DNA of 64,000 nucleotides, taken from positions 5,046-69,045 of the forward strand of contig WTGP01000046.1 in assembly GCA_011523505.1 (NCBI GenBank). Reading direction: 5' to 3'. Both the position numbers and the translations under genes were made by a program. The DNA is from Gammaproteobacteria bacterium. GTDB lineage: Bacteria; Pseudomonadota; Gammaproteobacteria; Steroidobacterales; Foliamicaceae. This document shows positions 27,316 through 36,292 of the stretch, piece by piece. Numbering within the stretch: the stretch's first letter is position 1; every line of letters starts with the position of its first letter. The notes under the pieces are model-generated. The model was given only the letters and a program-made list of their open reading frames with translations, was not told the DNA's origin and did no database searches.

Positions 27316-29076
27316 ATGTCCGAGTATCGGCCACCTGTCGATGAAATGCTGTTTATTCTGGATTCCGTGGCCGGGATCCACGCGGTCGCGGAGTTGCCGG
27401 GCTGCGAGATGGTCACGAGCGAGTTGGCGCGTTCAATCATGGACGAAGCCGGTGAACTGGCCTCGAACGTGCTCGCGCCGCTCAATGCCAAGGGCGATCA
27501 GGCCGGCGCCGATGTGCGCGACGGGCAGGTTCACGTTCCGGATAGCTTCCGCCAAGCGTACGAGGCGTTTGTCGAAGGCGGCTGGGGCGGGATTTCGGCG
27601 CCGGAGACATACGGCGGCCAGGATTTGCCGCAGCTCGTTTCCATGCCGGTCCAGGAGATGTGGCAATCGGCCAACCTGGCCTGGTCGCTCTGTCCCCTTT
27701 TGAGCCAGGGCGCACTGCACGCCCTGGAGCTGCACGCAAGCGAGGACCTTCGCCGGCAATTCCTGCCGCGCCTGGTCAGCGGCGAGTGGACCGGCACCAT
27801 GAACCTCACCGAGCCGCAGGCGGGCTCGGACCTGGGACTGGTGCGCTGCCAGGCAAGGCCGGAGAACGGGCACTACCTGATCAACGGCCAGAAAATCTTC
27901 ATCACCTTCGGCGATCACGACATGGCCGGCAACATCCTGCACCTGGTGCTGGCGCGCCTTCCCGATGCGCCGCAGGGCACCCGCGGGCTTTCGCTGTTCC
28001 TGGTCCCCAAGTTAATCCAGGACGAAAACGGAGAGCCCGACCGGCCCAACAACGTGAGCGCCGTCTCGGTGGAGCACAAGCTGGGGCTGCACGCCAGCCC
28101 GACCTGCGTCATGAGCTACGAGGACGCCGTGGGCTACCTGGTGGGCCAGGAAAACCAGGGTCTGCCGCACATGTTCGCAATGATGAACGACGCCCGGGTG
28201 TCGGTCGGACTGCAGGGAGTGGCGATCGCGGAGCGGGCCTATCAGCAGGCCGTGGAGTACGCGCGCAACCGCATGCAGGGCAGGGCGCCGGGAAGCGCGG
28301 GCACCGTCTCCATTCTGCGCCACCCGGACGTGCGGCGCATGCTGATGGAAATGAAATCGCAGATCTTCGCGATGCGCTCGCTCTGTTACATGGCCGCCCT
28401 GCATACCGACCATGCGCGCCGCCACCCGGACAAGGACAGGCGAGCCCGGCACCAGCGCCGGCTGGACCTGCTGACGCCGATCGTCAAGGGCTGGATCTGC
28501 GAAGTGGCGATCGAATTGACCTCGATCGGCATACAGGTGCACGGCGGCATGGGCTACGTGGAGGAGACGGGCGCGGCGCAGCACTATCGCGACGCCCGGA
28601 TCATCACGATTTACGAAGGCACTTCCGGAATCCAGGCCGGCGACCTGGTCGGCCGCAAGATCATCCGCGACAAGGGCAGGGCGCTAGGTGAACTGCTTGA
28701 GGAAATCGGTGAAACCCTGGCGAGCGCTGAAGCCCTGCCGGCCGAAGACCGAATCGTCGCGGAGGCGCTCCGCGACGGACTGGACGAGACGGCATCGACT
28801 CTGGATTGGTTCCGCAGGGAGTTGGGCAACGACGACGACCTGCCCGGATCGGTGGCCTTCAACCTGATGATGATGCTCGGTTATCTCTGCGGAGGCTGGC
28901 TGCACGCCCGTTCCGCTGTGGCCGCCGCCGGCGCCGCGGACCGACAGGATATGCAGGCCCGGCGCGTATGCGCGCGTTTTTATGCCGAACACCTGATGCC
29001 TCAGGTGGCCGCCCGCGCCCGACGCGTTCGGGCCGGCGCCGCCAACACGATGGCATTGACTGAGGAGCAGTTCTAA
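27316..29076 (+). CDS. Long-type acyl-CoA dehydrogenase (FadE/DmdC-like, with C-terminal extension)
   Basis: ATG at 27316 (MSEYRPPVDEMLFILDS...). WTGTMNLTEPQAGSDLG, NGQKIFITFGDHD, ILHLVLARLPDAP.GTRGLSLFLVPK and YEGTSGIQ are typical of this ~590-aa ACAD subfamily. Confidence 0.85.
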   Translation: MSEYRPPVDEMLFILDSVAGIHAVAELPGCEMVTSELARSIMDEAGELASNVLAPLNAKGDQAGADVRDGQVHVPDSFRQAYEAFVEGGWGGISAPETYGGQDLPQLVSMPVQEMWQSANLAWSLCPLLSQGALHALELHASEDLRRQFLPRLVSGEWTGTMNLTEPQAGSDLGLVRCQARPENGHYLINGQKIFITFGDHDMAGNILHLVLARLPDAPQGTRGLSLFLVPKLIQDENGEPDRPNNVSAVSVEHKLGLHASPTCVMSYEDAVGYLVGQENQGLPHMFAMMNDARVSVGLQGVAIAERAYQQAVEYARNRMQGRAPGSAGTVSILRHPDVRRMLMEMKSQIFAMRSLCYMAALHTDHARRHPDKDRRARHQRRLDLLTPIVKGWICEVAIELTSIGIQVHGGMGYVEETGAAQHYRDARIITIYEGTSGIQAGDLVGRKIIRDKGRALGELLEEIGETLASAEALPAEDRIVAEALRDGLDETASTLDWFRRELGNDDDLPGSVAFNLMMMLGYLCGGWLHARSAVAAAGAADRQDMQARRVCARFYAEHLMPQVAARARRVRAGAANTMALTEEQF

Positions 29077-29077
29077 C

Positions 29078-30220
29078 ATGCGGTTCTCGACCCGGCAAAT
29101 CCACGCGGGAACGGAACCGGACCCCGTGACCGGATCGGTTCTGCCGCCGATCTACCAGTCCACGACCTTCGCACAGCCTTCCGTCGACGAGTACCTTGCC
29201 AAGGGGTACTCGTATTCGCGCAGCGGCAACCCCACGGTGCGGGCCCTGGAAAAGCGCCTTGCCGGGCTGGAAAACGGCGAGGACTGCACCTGCTATTCCA
29301 CCGGCATGGCGGCGGTAAGCGCGGTGCTGCACGCCTTTCTGAACGCCGGAGACCACGCTCTGGTTTCGCAGGTCGCCTATGGCGGGACCTATCGGGTATG
29401 CACCCAGGTGTTCGCGCGTTTCGGCGCCCGCTTTACCTTCGTGGACACCTCGGACCCCGCCGCCGTCAAGGAGGCGATCAGGCCCGAGACCCGGCTGCTG
29501 CTGACCGAAACGCCGGCCAACCCGACACTGGCGCTTAGCGACATAGCGGCCCTGTCGGAAATCGCCCGGGCCAACGATCTGATTCACGTCGTCGACAACA
29601 CCTTTCTTACGCCGTATTACCAGCAGCCGCTTGCGCTGGGTGCGGACGTTTCCCTGCACAGCACCACCAAGTACCTCGACGGCCACAACGCCACGGTGGG
29701 GGGCGCCAACGTGGCGGCCACCGCCGAGCTGGACGAAAAACTGCGTTTCGTGCAGAACGCCACCGGCAGCATCATGTCGCCGATGGTCGCCTGGCTAACC
29801 CTGCAGGGCGTCAAGACGCTATCCGTGCGCTTGGACAGGCAGTCGGCCAATGCCATGGCCATCGCGCAATTCCTGAGCGACCATCCGGCGGTGGGCGAAG
29901 TCTGCTATCCGGGCCTTGAGTCCTTCGCCCAGCACGAGCTGGCAGGTCGTCAGGCCAGCGGGTTCGGCGCCATGCTCTGGTGCGAGCTGAAAGGCGGACT
30001 CGAAGCCGGAAAGGCGTTGATGGACAGCGTCGAACTGTGGACGCTGGCGGAAAACCTGGGCGCGGTCGAATCGCTGATCACGCATCCCGTCACGATGACC
30101 CATGCCGACGTCGAGCCCGAAGAGAGGCAGCGCGTAGGCCTGCGCGACGGCCTGGTGCGCTTCTCCGTCGGCCTTGAGGATCCCGAGGACCTGATCGAAG
30201 CGCTGGACGCCGCCCTCTAG
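29078..30220 (+). CDS. Cys/Met-metabolism PLP-dependent enzyme (cystathionine beta/gamma-lyase, gamma-synthase or methionine gamma-lyase family)
   Basis: 380 aa. YSRSGNPT, VVDNTF, HSTTKYLDGH (PLP lysine) and RFSVGLEDPEDL. It starts 1 nt after the ACAD stop. Confidence 0.9.
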   Translation: MRFSTRQIHAGTEPDPVTGSVLPPIYQSTTFAQPSVDEYLAKGYSYSRSGNPTVRALEKRLAGLENGEDCTCYSTGMAAVSAVLHAFLNAGDHALVSQVAYGGTYRVCTQVFARFGARFTFVDTSDPAAVKEAIRPETRLLLTETPANPTLALSDIAALSEIARANDLIHVVDNTFLTPYYQQPLALGADVSLHSTTKYLDGHNATVGGANVAATAELDEKLRFVQNATGSIMSPMVAWLTLQGVKTLSVRLDRQSANAMAIAQFLSDHPAVGEVCYPGLESFAQHELAGRQASGFGAMLWCELKGGLEAGKALMDSVELWTLAENLGAVESLITHPVTMTHADVEPEERQRVGLRDGLVRFSVGLEDPEDLIEALDAAL

Positions 30221-30262
30221 GAAGGCGCGCACGCCAGGTAGCGCGATTCGGGCTCGCCGCTT

Positions 30263-31105
30263 CTACCTGAGTTGGCAGATGTCGAGAACGTTCATGTCCG
30301 TGTAATCGAGATTTTCTCCGCCCATCGCCCAGATAAAGGAATAGTTGGAGGTTCCGCTGCCCATATGAATCGACCACGGTGGAGAAATAACAGCCTCTGA
30401 ATCGCGAACGACGATATGGCGCATCGAGTCAGGCTCGCCCATGAAGTGGAACACCCTGTCATCGTCGCCCAGTTCGAAGTAGAAGTAGATTTCGGACCGT
30501 CGATCGTGCAGGTGCGGCGGCATCGTGTTCCAGACGCTGCCTGGATTGAGGATCGTCAAACCCAGCAGCAACTGTGCCGACCGGCAAGTCTCGGGCACGA
30601 TGTACTTGTAGATCGTGCGCTCATTTGAGGTCTCGAGCGAACCCAGTTCAAGAGGAACGGCCTCGTCGATGGAAATCTTGACGAGATCGAATCGCGCGTG
30701 CGCAGGCGTCGAGGCGAGATAGTAGCGCGCGGGATTGTCCCTGCTGTCACACTCGAAAGAGACCTCTTTCGATCCCATGGGAATATACAAGCCATCGCGA
30801 GGTTTCATCTCGAACGTCTTGCCGTCCACCGATATTCTCCCGCTGCCGCCACCCACGTTGACCACGCCCAGTTCGCGCCGATCCAGAAAAGGCACTCCCG
30901 CTACAGGCTCGGTCTGATCCGGCAATACGACTGTTTCCGATACCGGTGCGGCGCCGCCGACAATCATGCGTTCATTGTGCGAATAGTTCAGTTTGATTGC
31001 GTCGGCGACGAACATGCCGGTAACGAGATACAGATCGCGCAGGGCTTCGTTGCCGACTGTATCCATCATGTCCGGGTGCGTTGCCTGGTAGGTCCTTGAA
31101 TACAC
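30263..31105 (-). CDS. kduI: 5-dehydro-4-deoxy-D-glucuronate isomerase
   Basis: 280 aa. [23 protein letters not shown] and [24 protein letters not shown] are characteristic of KduI. Confidence 0.9.
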   Translation of the reverse strand: MYSRTYQATHPDMMDTVGNEALRDLYLVTGMFVADAIKLNYSHNERMIVGGAAPVSETVVLPDQTEPVAGVPFLDRRELGVVNVGGGSGRISVDGKTFEMKPRDGLYIPMGSKEVSFECDSRDNPARYYLASTPAHARFDLVKISIDEAVPLELGSLETSNERTIYKYIVPETCRSAQLLLGLTILNPGSVWNTMPPHLHDRRSEIYFYFELGDDDRVFHFMGEPDSMRHIVVRDSEAVISPPWSIHMGSGTSNYSFIWAMGGENLDYTDMNVLDICQLR

Positions 31106-31123
31106 GTTGTGACTCCTGGTTGA

Positions 31124-32215
31124 TTACGAACTTTCCAGCTCTCGAGTCGACTCCCGGACAATCAGTTCTGGAACGGTCTGGTTTGGCCCCAATGGAACAT
31201 CTTCATCGCCAAAGGCAAGGAGGCTTTGAGCCGCGAGCCGGCCAATCTTGCGTGCCGGAGTATGGACCGTCGTCAGACGGGGCCATATTCGGGTTGCCGT
31301 CTCAAAATCGTCGAAACCGACAATCGAAAGATCTTCCGGCGCCTTCAGGCCGGCAACATGCAGTGCCTGCAACACGCCGGCAGCCATTTCGTCATTGGCC
31401 GCGAAAGCGGCTGTCGGCGGCGGATCGAGATCGAGCAGGTCGGCGCCTCTGGCCAAACCCGACTCAAACGTATAGTCGCCCTGCAATACATAGTCCGTTG
31501 GCAGGCGAATGCCGAACTCCATCAGGCCGTCCTCAAAACCGGATTGACGCTCGTACGCGGATCGAAAACTCCTGCGACCGGCGATCACGGCAATCCGGGA
31601 GTGCCCCAGGCTCGCCAGGTGCCGGGCTGCCTCACGGCCTCCCAGCCGATCGTTCGTAACGATCATTCGTCGCTCCATGTCCAGTGCGACGGAGGCGACA
31701 CGAACGTAGGCGCAACCGATTTCGCGCAACGCTTCGGCGAGACGCTCGTCCTCGGATACGGACGGCGTCAGCACCACGCCGTAGAGTTTCTGCAGTTCGA
31801 CGAACTTTCGTGCGTCCTCGATAAAGGTGTCGCTCTGGCGATTGCAGGGATGAACCACAAGTTCGAAATCGGTGCCCTTCAGACTATCCAGAATACCCAG
31901 TTGCACATTGACGACGTACTGCGGCGTCGGATTGTCGTAGATCATGCCGACAAGAAATGAACGTCGAAAGGCCAAACCGCGCGCTTGCGGGTCCGGCCTG
32001 TAGCCGATGTCACGTATGAGTTCCTTGATCCCCGCGCGCGTCGCATCGTTTACCTGCGGTGAATCATTGACGACCCTGGATACCGTTTTTTTCGAAACGC
32101 CGGCAAGCCGGGCCACATCGCTCATTGTCGGCTTTCGGCCGTCGGGATTATTCTCGAACCAACTGCGGGCGGCGGCCTTGAAATCGGTTTCTGCTTTGCG
32201 GCTTCTTCTTCCCAC
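31124..32215 (-). CDS. LacI-family transcriptional regulator
   Basis: HTH TMSDVARLAGVSKKTVSRVVN...IGYRPDPQARGL plus a periplasmic-binding-protein-like effector domain. The start is uncertain: 32215 or an internal start a few codons before the HTH. Confidence 0.85.
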   Translation of the reverse strand: MGRRSRKAETDFKAAARSWFENNPDGRKPTMSDVARLAGVSKKTVSRVVNDSPQVNDATRAGIKELIRDIGYRPDPQARGLAFRRSFLVGMIYDNPTPQYVVNVQLGILDSLKGTDFELVVHPCNRQSDTFIEDARKFVELQKLYGVVLTPSVSEDERLAEALREIGCAYVRVASVALDMERRMIVTNDRLGGREAARHLASLGHSRIAVIAGRRSFRSAYERQSGFEDGLMEFGIRLPTDYVLQGDYTFESGLARGADLLDLDPPPTAAFAANDEMAAGVLQALHVAGLKAPEDLSIVGFDDFETATRIWPRLTTVHTPARKIGRLAAQSLLAFGDEDVPLGPNQTVPELIVRESTRELESS

Positions 32216-32239
32216 GGAATTCTCCGAGCAGGACTTGCA

Positions 32240-33094
32240 TCAATTCGGCATGTTACCGCTCTGGCGTTGGGGCATGAACTTGACGTCGAACCAGCCAAAC
32301 GGGCCGAAATCAACACGCGCCGCAGAGGACACCGAAACGCGATGAATGCCCGTAACCGCGCCGGTTGAAATCAACGTTCCTTCAGGTAGTTCAATATTGC
32401 GGGTCGCGGCGAGACCCAGGAGAAACCGCAACGCCGCCAGCGGACCGCCCGGAATGGCGCTTGCCGTCGCAACACCGACAACGGCGCCGTCGATCATGAC
32501 TTTCGCAGTCATTGAATCCAGGTCTCTGGCATTCCAGTTTGCGACTGCCGGCCCCAGGAGCAATCCGGCGTTGTTGCCGAAGTCGGAAACAACGCAGGTC
32601 GGACCCAGCTTGTTGATTGCTGCCATGGGACTGCTGGCAATCTCCGCCCCGACGAACAGCGAGGACACGAGGCCGATCAGATCAGCGCCGGAGTATTCCC
32701 GATCCGAGGGGTGGACGGCGCAACCGAGCTCCAGAATGAATTCCGCCTCCACCGCCGCGAACCCACCCGCGTAAATCGGCATGGTCCTGGTGGCGCCAGG
32801 CTCAATGCCAACAATGGAAGATTTGAATATCGGGCCGGCCAGTCGCTCATTGCCAACTCGTAACCGATGGTCGGCCGGGATCATCCCGATCTTCCAACCG
32901 GCGACCGTATCCGCCCAACGCGCAATCGATGCCGCCTGAATTGCGTACGCCCCTTCCAGTGAGTCGGGAAGGGCGCCCGGGAAATCCGGCAATGCCTCGC
33001 CAGCCACTCGCGCGGCCACCAGGCGCCTGGAAATCGCGTCAATTTCTCGCGGTATTGGGTCGATGTCCGCCTTAGTGTCCAACGCGGGACTCAT
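32240..33094 (-). CDS. FAH-superfamily hydratase/decarboxylase (2-keto-4-pentenoate hydratase MhpD/HpcG-like)
   Basis: 284 aa. GAYAIQ...GWKIG, AEIASS and LPEGTLISTGAVTG are typical of the MhpD-like hydratase family. The substrate is unknown. Confidence 0.7.
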   Translation of the reverse strand: MSPALDTKADIDPIPREIDAISRRLVAARVAGEALPDFPGALPDSLEGAYAIQAASIARWADTVAGWKIGMIPADHRLRVGNERLAGPIFKSSIVGIEPGATRTMPIYAGGFAAVEAEFILELGCAVHPSDREYSGADLIGLVSSLFVGAEIASSPMAAINKLGPTCVVSDFGNNAGLLLGPAVANWNARDLDSMTAKVMIDGAVVGVATASAIPGGPLAALRFLLGLAATRNIELPEGTLISTGAVTGIHRVSVSSAARVDFGPFGWFDVKFMPQRQSGNMPN

Positions 33095-33125
33095 GGCAAG
33101 CCCCGGAAATGGTCCGGGGCTTGCC
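33095..33125 (-). other. GC-rich 13-bp stem / 5-nt loop hairpin abutting the hydratase start codon
   Basis: ggcaagccccgga-aatgg-tccggggcttgcc, a perfect stem. On the minus strand its 3' end is immediately followed by the ATG (33094). It lies 35 nt after the TBDR T2 stop, and no U-tract follows. Confidence 0.7.
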
Positions 33126-33159
33126 TGCGAAGTGAGAAGTCATCATCGATGTCCTATCG

Positions 33160-36078
33160 TCAGAAGCGGTAGATTCCGCCGACAACGATGCGTCTGTCGG
33201 GGAGTCCGACGAAACAAAGCGGTCCGCGGGTGCTGACGCAATGTTGATCGATACGCTCCTCGGTCAGGTTGACAACCTCAAGGCCGACATCCAGATGGTC
33301 GTTCACCGAGTAATTGATGCTGGCATTCAGCTGACCTCTGTCGAGCGTATGTACCGGGAAGCTGAATGTACTGCTGCCGCTCGTGTTGGCGCCGCCGCCG
33401 AAGTCCTGCGTGCGGAAGGATTCACGCCAGGTGTAGCGCGCTCTTGCGGACAGACCGTACTTCTCGTAGTAGAGCGTGATGTTGTACGCGTCTTCGGAGA
33501 AATCGAGCAGTCCCCGGGGAATGCAGACGCCGGAACCGAGAACTTGCGCACCGCGTCCCGACGTGCAGTCCACGATTGAGCCACCGCTGAAGTCCTGGTT
33601 GGTGTAGTTGAAAATGACACCGAAACCGGATGCCCAACCCAGACGATCCTCGAAGCCTGAAAGGTCGTACTGGAAGGCGAACTCGAAGCCGGACTGGGTG
33701 GTCGTTGACGGATCGTTGGTCCAGGTCTGGTAGTCGACACACAATCCCAGCCTGTTGGGGTCGCCCAGCACGTTGGGTATGACCGTCGGGTTCCAGATGC
33801 CTCCGCCCGGGCAACTTGGGTCGGTTTCACGCGCAAGACCACTGGTGGAAGTTGGATCGTTAACCAGTAATGCGCCTTCGAAGACCTGCCCGATGATGTC
33901 CGTGCGGTCCTTCGTGAAGTAACCGAGGCTGACCAGCGCCGACTCGGCAAAGTACCACTCGACCGCCAGATCCAGCGAATCGACTTCCTCTGGCTTGAGG
34001 TTGGGATTGCCCTGATCGATGGCGGAGTTCTCCTGGTTATCGGCCGCAAATGCAGTACTGATCCTGTTGAAACCCGGACGCCGGATGTCCGAGCCATAGC
34101 CGAATCGAACGATCACGTCTTCGCTTACCTCGGCCGCTACGTTCAGTCGCGGCAGCAGGAAGTCATACGTGCCCTTGGTCGATTCCAGCGATCTGTTGCC
34201 CGCGGCATCCTCAAAGCCATACGCCACCGAATCGACTTCGGTCTCGACATAGCGCACGCCTACGTTTCCGCGGAAAATGCCGGCCTGGAAGTTCGCTTGC
34301 GCATACAGAGCCGTGGTCTCTTCGCCGACGTCATAGAACTGATTCCGATCGGATGCAAGTCTGGCGGTATCCGGGCTGACCGGATCGTGCGCTACGACCG
34401 CCGCCTCCAGAATGGCCAGCGTACCGTCCGGGTCGGAAAAGGCGCGATCCGGGTCCACGAGCAGGAAATCGCGAATGAACAGCGTCCTGCCGTCGCCCTT
34501 GTCAAAGTTGCTGGGGCCCGGCACCAGCAATTCCGCGAACAGGACACCGTTCGGGCTGTCCACCATCCGGCTGAAGCCGCCGATCCGGTCCTGAATACGG
34601 TTGAATCGACTTGAGGACTCGCCGTAGCGGAAACCAAAGTCGAGTGTGGTGATGCCGTTCCAGTCCGCGTCCCAGGAGAAGTCCATGCGCAGTGCATCTT
34701 CTTCATTCTCGGTTGTATTGCGGCCAATAATGACCTGGTCCAGAACGACATTGGCCGGATCCAGCAGATCGGACGGCGCCGGTGCAAAGGGGGAATCGAA
34801 ATTGACGCCCCACGACAAGGTGCCGCCGGACAAGTCATAGATGAACGGCACGCAGTTGTCGTTGCTGCTCCCGTCGAGAGGGCAGTTCGGATTAATGAAG
34901 TTCAGGGTGGTGCTCAGGTTGGGGTTGGACGTGTCCGAGGTCGTCATTGCGTACTCTGCGCTCACGGACCATTTCTCGCCATTCCATTCACCACCGATCG
35001 CAATGATCTGGCTGTCGGTGACGCGAGAGCCGGTATCGCTCGAGAAACGCAGGTTGGGATCGTCGTCATCGTTGGCCAGGTCCGGCTCCAGCGTGCCCTG
35101 AAGCGCTGCGGGGAACCTGCCGGGACCAACGCCGAAATCAACCGTTTCATAGGCCGTGGGGACACTGAGGTTTCTCAGCGTGCTGACGCCGGAAGCCTGA
35201 AGCCTGTAACTGTCCTGGCTTCGCTCCTGCTCATTGATCACGACGTCGGCATGAAACTTCAGGCTGTCGCTGGGCGCCCACTCGAAGGTCGACGCCAGAT
35301 TGACCGTCTCGTAGTCGTAGTTTTCCTGCTCCTGAACCAGGAACTGGATGCCGAGAAATTCAGAGGGATCGACGGCGGCCGCCGGCGAAACGCGATTGTC
35401 GCGGTCGGTGCGGGGACGAAATGACACCGATTCCTGCTCGGTAACGCTGCCGCTGATCACAAAACCGACTTCGCCCGCGCCCGTTGACCAATTGTCGCCG
35501 AATGCGCCCGAGAATCTTGGCGTCATGCTTTCGGAGCTCAGGCTGCTGTCTTCGTACTGAACCCTGACCGCGCCCAACGTCGCCGGCAGATCAAGCGGGC
35601 GTATCGTCTTGAGGTTGATCGTGCCGCCAACGGAACCCTCGATGGTCCTGGCGTCTGGCGACTTGGTTACTTCGACCGCTGAAATAATCGCCGGATTGAC
35701 ATCTTCGAAGTTGATGCCGCTGCGGCCGGAGCCGGAATTCACGGTGGAAACTCCATTGAATTCGACCCGGTTTGAATTGGTGCCGCGGATCTGAACGCCG
35801 GTGCCGACGCCCGCCGTGCGGGTAATCTGGATACCGGTAATATTCTCGAGAACTTCCGCCAGATTTTGATCGGGCAGCTTGCCGATATCCTCCGCGATAA
35901 TGACTTCAACCAGTTGGTCCGAGTCCCGTTTCTGGTCCACGGCGGCAGCCAGGGATCCGCGGATGCCGGTAACGACAATCTCTTCCAAAGGCTCGTCGTC
36001 CTGCGCGACGGCCGCAGTTGAAAAGACCAGCGTCATCGCGCCCAGCGTGAGCGCAGCAATACTGGGTTGATATTTCAT
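33160..36078 (-). CDS. TonB-dependent receptor (T2), polysaccharide-locus type
   Basis: 972 aa. Signal peptide ...STAAVAQDD, plug EEIVVTGIRGS...VIIAEDIGKLPDQNLAEVL, C-terminal ...GGIYRF. Confidence 0.9.
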   Translation of the reverse strand: MKYQPSIAALTLGAMTLVFSTAAVAQDDEPLEEIVVTGIRGSLAAAVDQKRDSDQLVEVIIAEDIGKLPDQNLAEVLENITGIQITRTAGVGTGVQIRGTNSNRVEFNGVSTVNSGSGRSGINFEDVNPAIISAVEVTKSPDARTIEGSVGGTINLKTIRPLDLPATLGAVRVQYEDSSLSSESMTPRFSGAFGDNWSTGAGEVGFVISGSVTEQESVSFRPRTDRDNRVSPAAAVDPSEFLGIQFLVQEQENYDYETVNLASTFEWAPSDSLKFHADVVINEQERSQDSYRLQASGVSTLRNLSVPTAYETVDFGVGPGRFPAALQGTLEPDLANDDDDPNLRFSSDTGSRVTDSQIIAIGGEWNGEKWSVSAEYAMTTSDTSNPNLSTTLNFINPNCPLDGSSNDNCVPFIYDLSGGTLSWGVNFDSPFAPAPSDLLDPANVVLDQVIIGRNTTENEEDALRMDFSWDADWNGITTLDFGFRYGESSSRFNRIQDRIGGFSRMVDSPNGVLFAELLVPGPSNFDKGDGRTLFIRDFLLVDPDRAFSDPDGTLAILEAAVVAHDPVSPDTARLASDRNQFYDVGEETTALYAQANFQAGIFRGNVGVRYVETEVDSVAYGFEDAAGNRSLESTKGTYDFLLPRLNVAAEVSEDVIVRFGYGSDIRRPGFNRISTAFAADNQENSAIDQGNPNLKPEEVDSLDLAVEWYFAESALVSLGYFTKDRTDIIGQVFEGALLVNDPTSTSGLARETDPSCPGGGIWNPTVIPNVLGDPNRLGLCVDYQTWTNDPSTTTQSGFEFAFQYDLSGFEDRLGWASGFGVIFNYTNQDFSGGSIVDCTSGRGAQVLGSGVCIPRGLLDFSEDAYNITLYYEKYGLSARARYTWRESFRTQDFGGGANTSGSSTFSFPVHTLDRGQLNASINYSVNDHLDVGLEVVNLTEERIDQHCVSTRGPLCFVGLPDRRIVVGGIYRF

Positions 36079-36150
36079 TGAATTGCTCCCCGGTGAGTGT
36101 TCTCACCCCATAGTGGATAATCTGATTCGACGTTATTAAGGTACTCATTA

Positions 36151-36165
36151 TTACACCGGTGTCAA
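36151..36165. promoter_or_regulatory. LacI-type operator candidate: 10-bp perfect palindrome ACACCGGTGT (CG-centred) within ttACACCGGTGTcaa
   Basis: Read directly (core 36153-36162). It lies in the AT-rich 214-bp divergent region between TBDR T2 and the beta-helix gene. The T2 operon encodes the LacI regulator. Confidence 0.45.
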
Positions 36166-36292
36166 TAGTCGCCGCATTCAGCGCAAATCCGCGGCTGGCG
36201 ATTGAGGTTTGCCGCGCCGATTTCGTCTTGCTAGTATTTGTTCCGGAAAGGCCATCAACAAGGCCCGCCGCCCGTTCCATGGTAACAACTAC

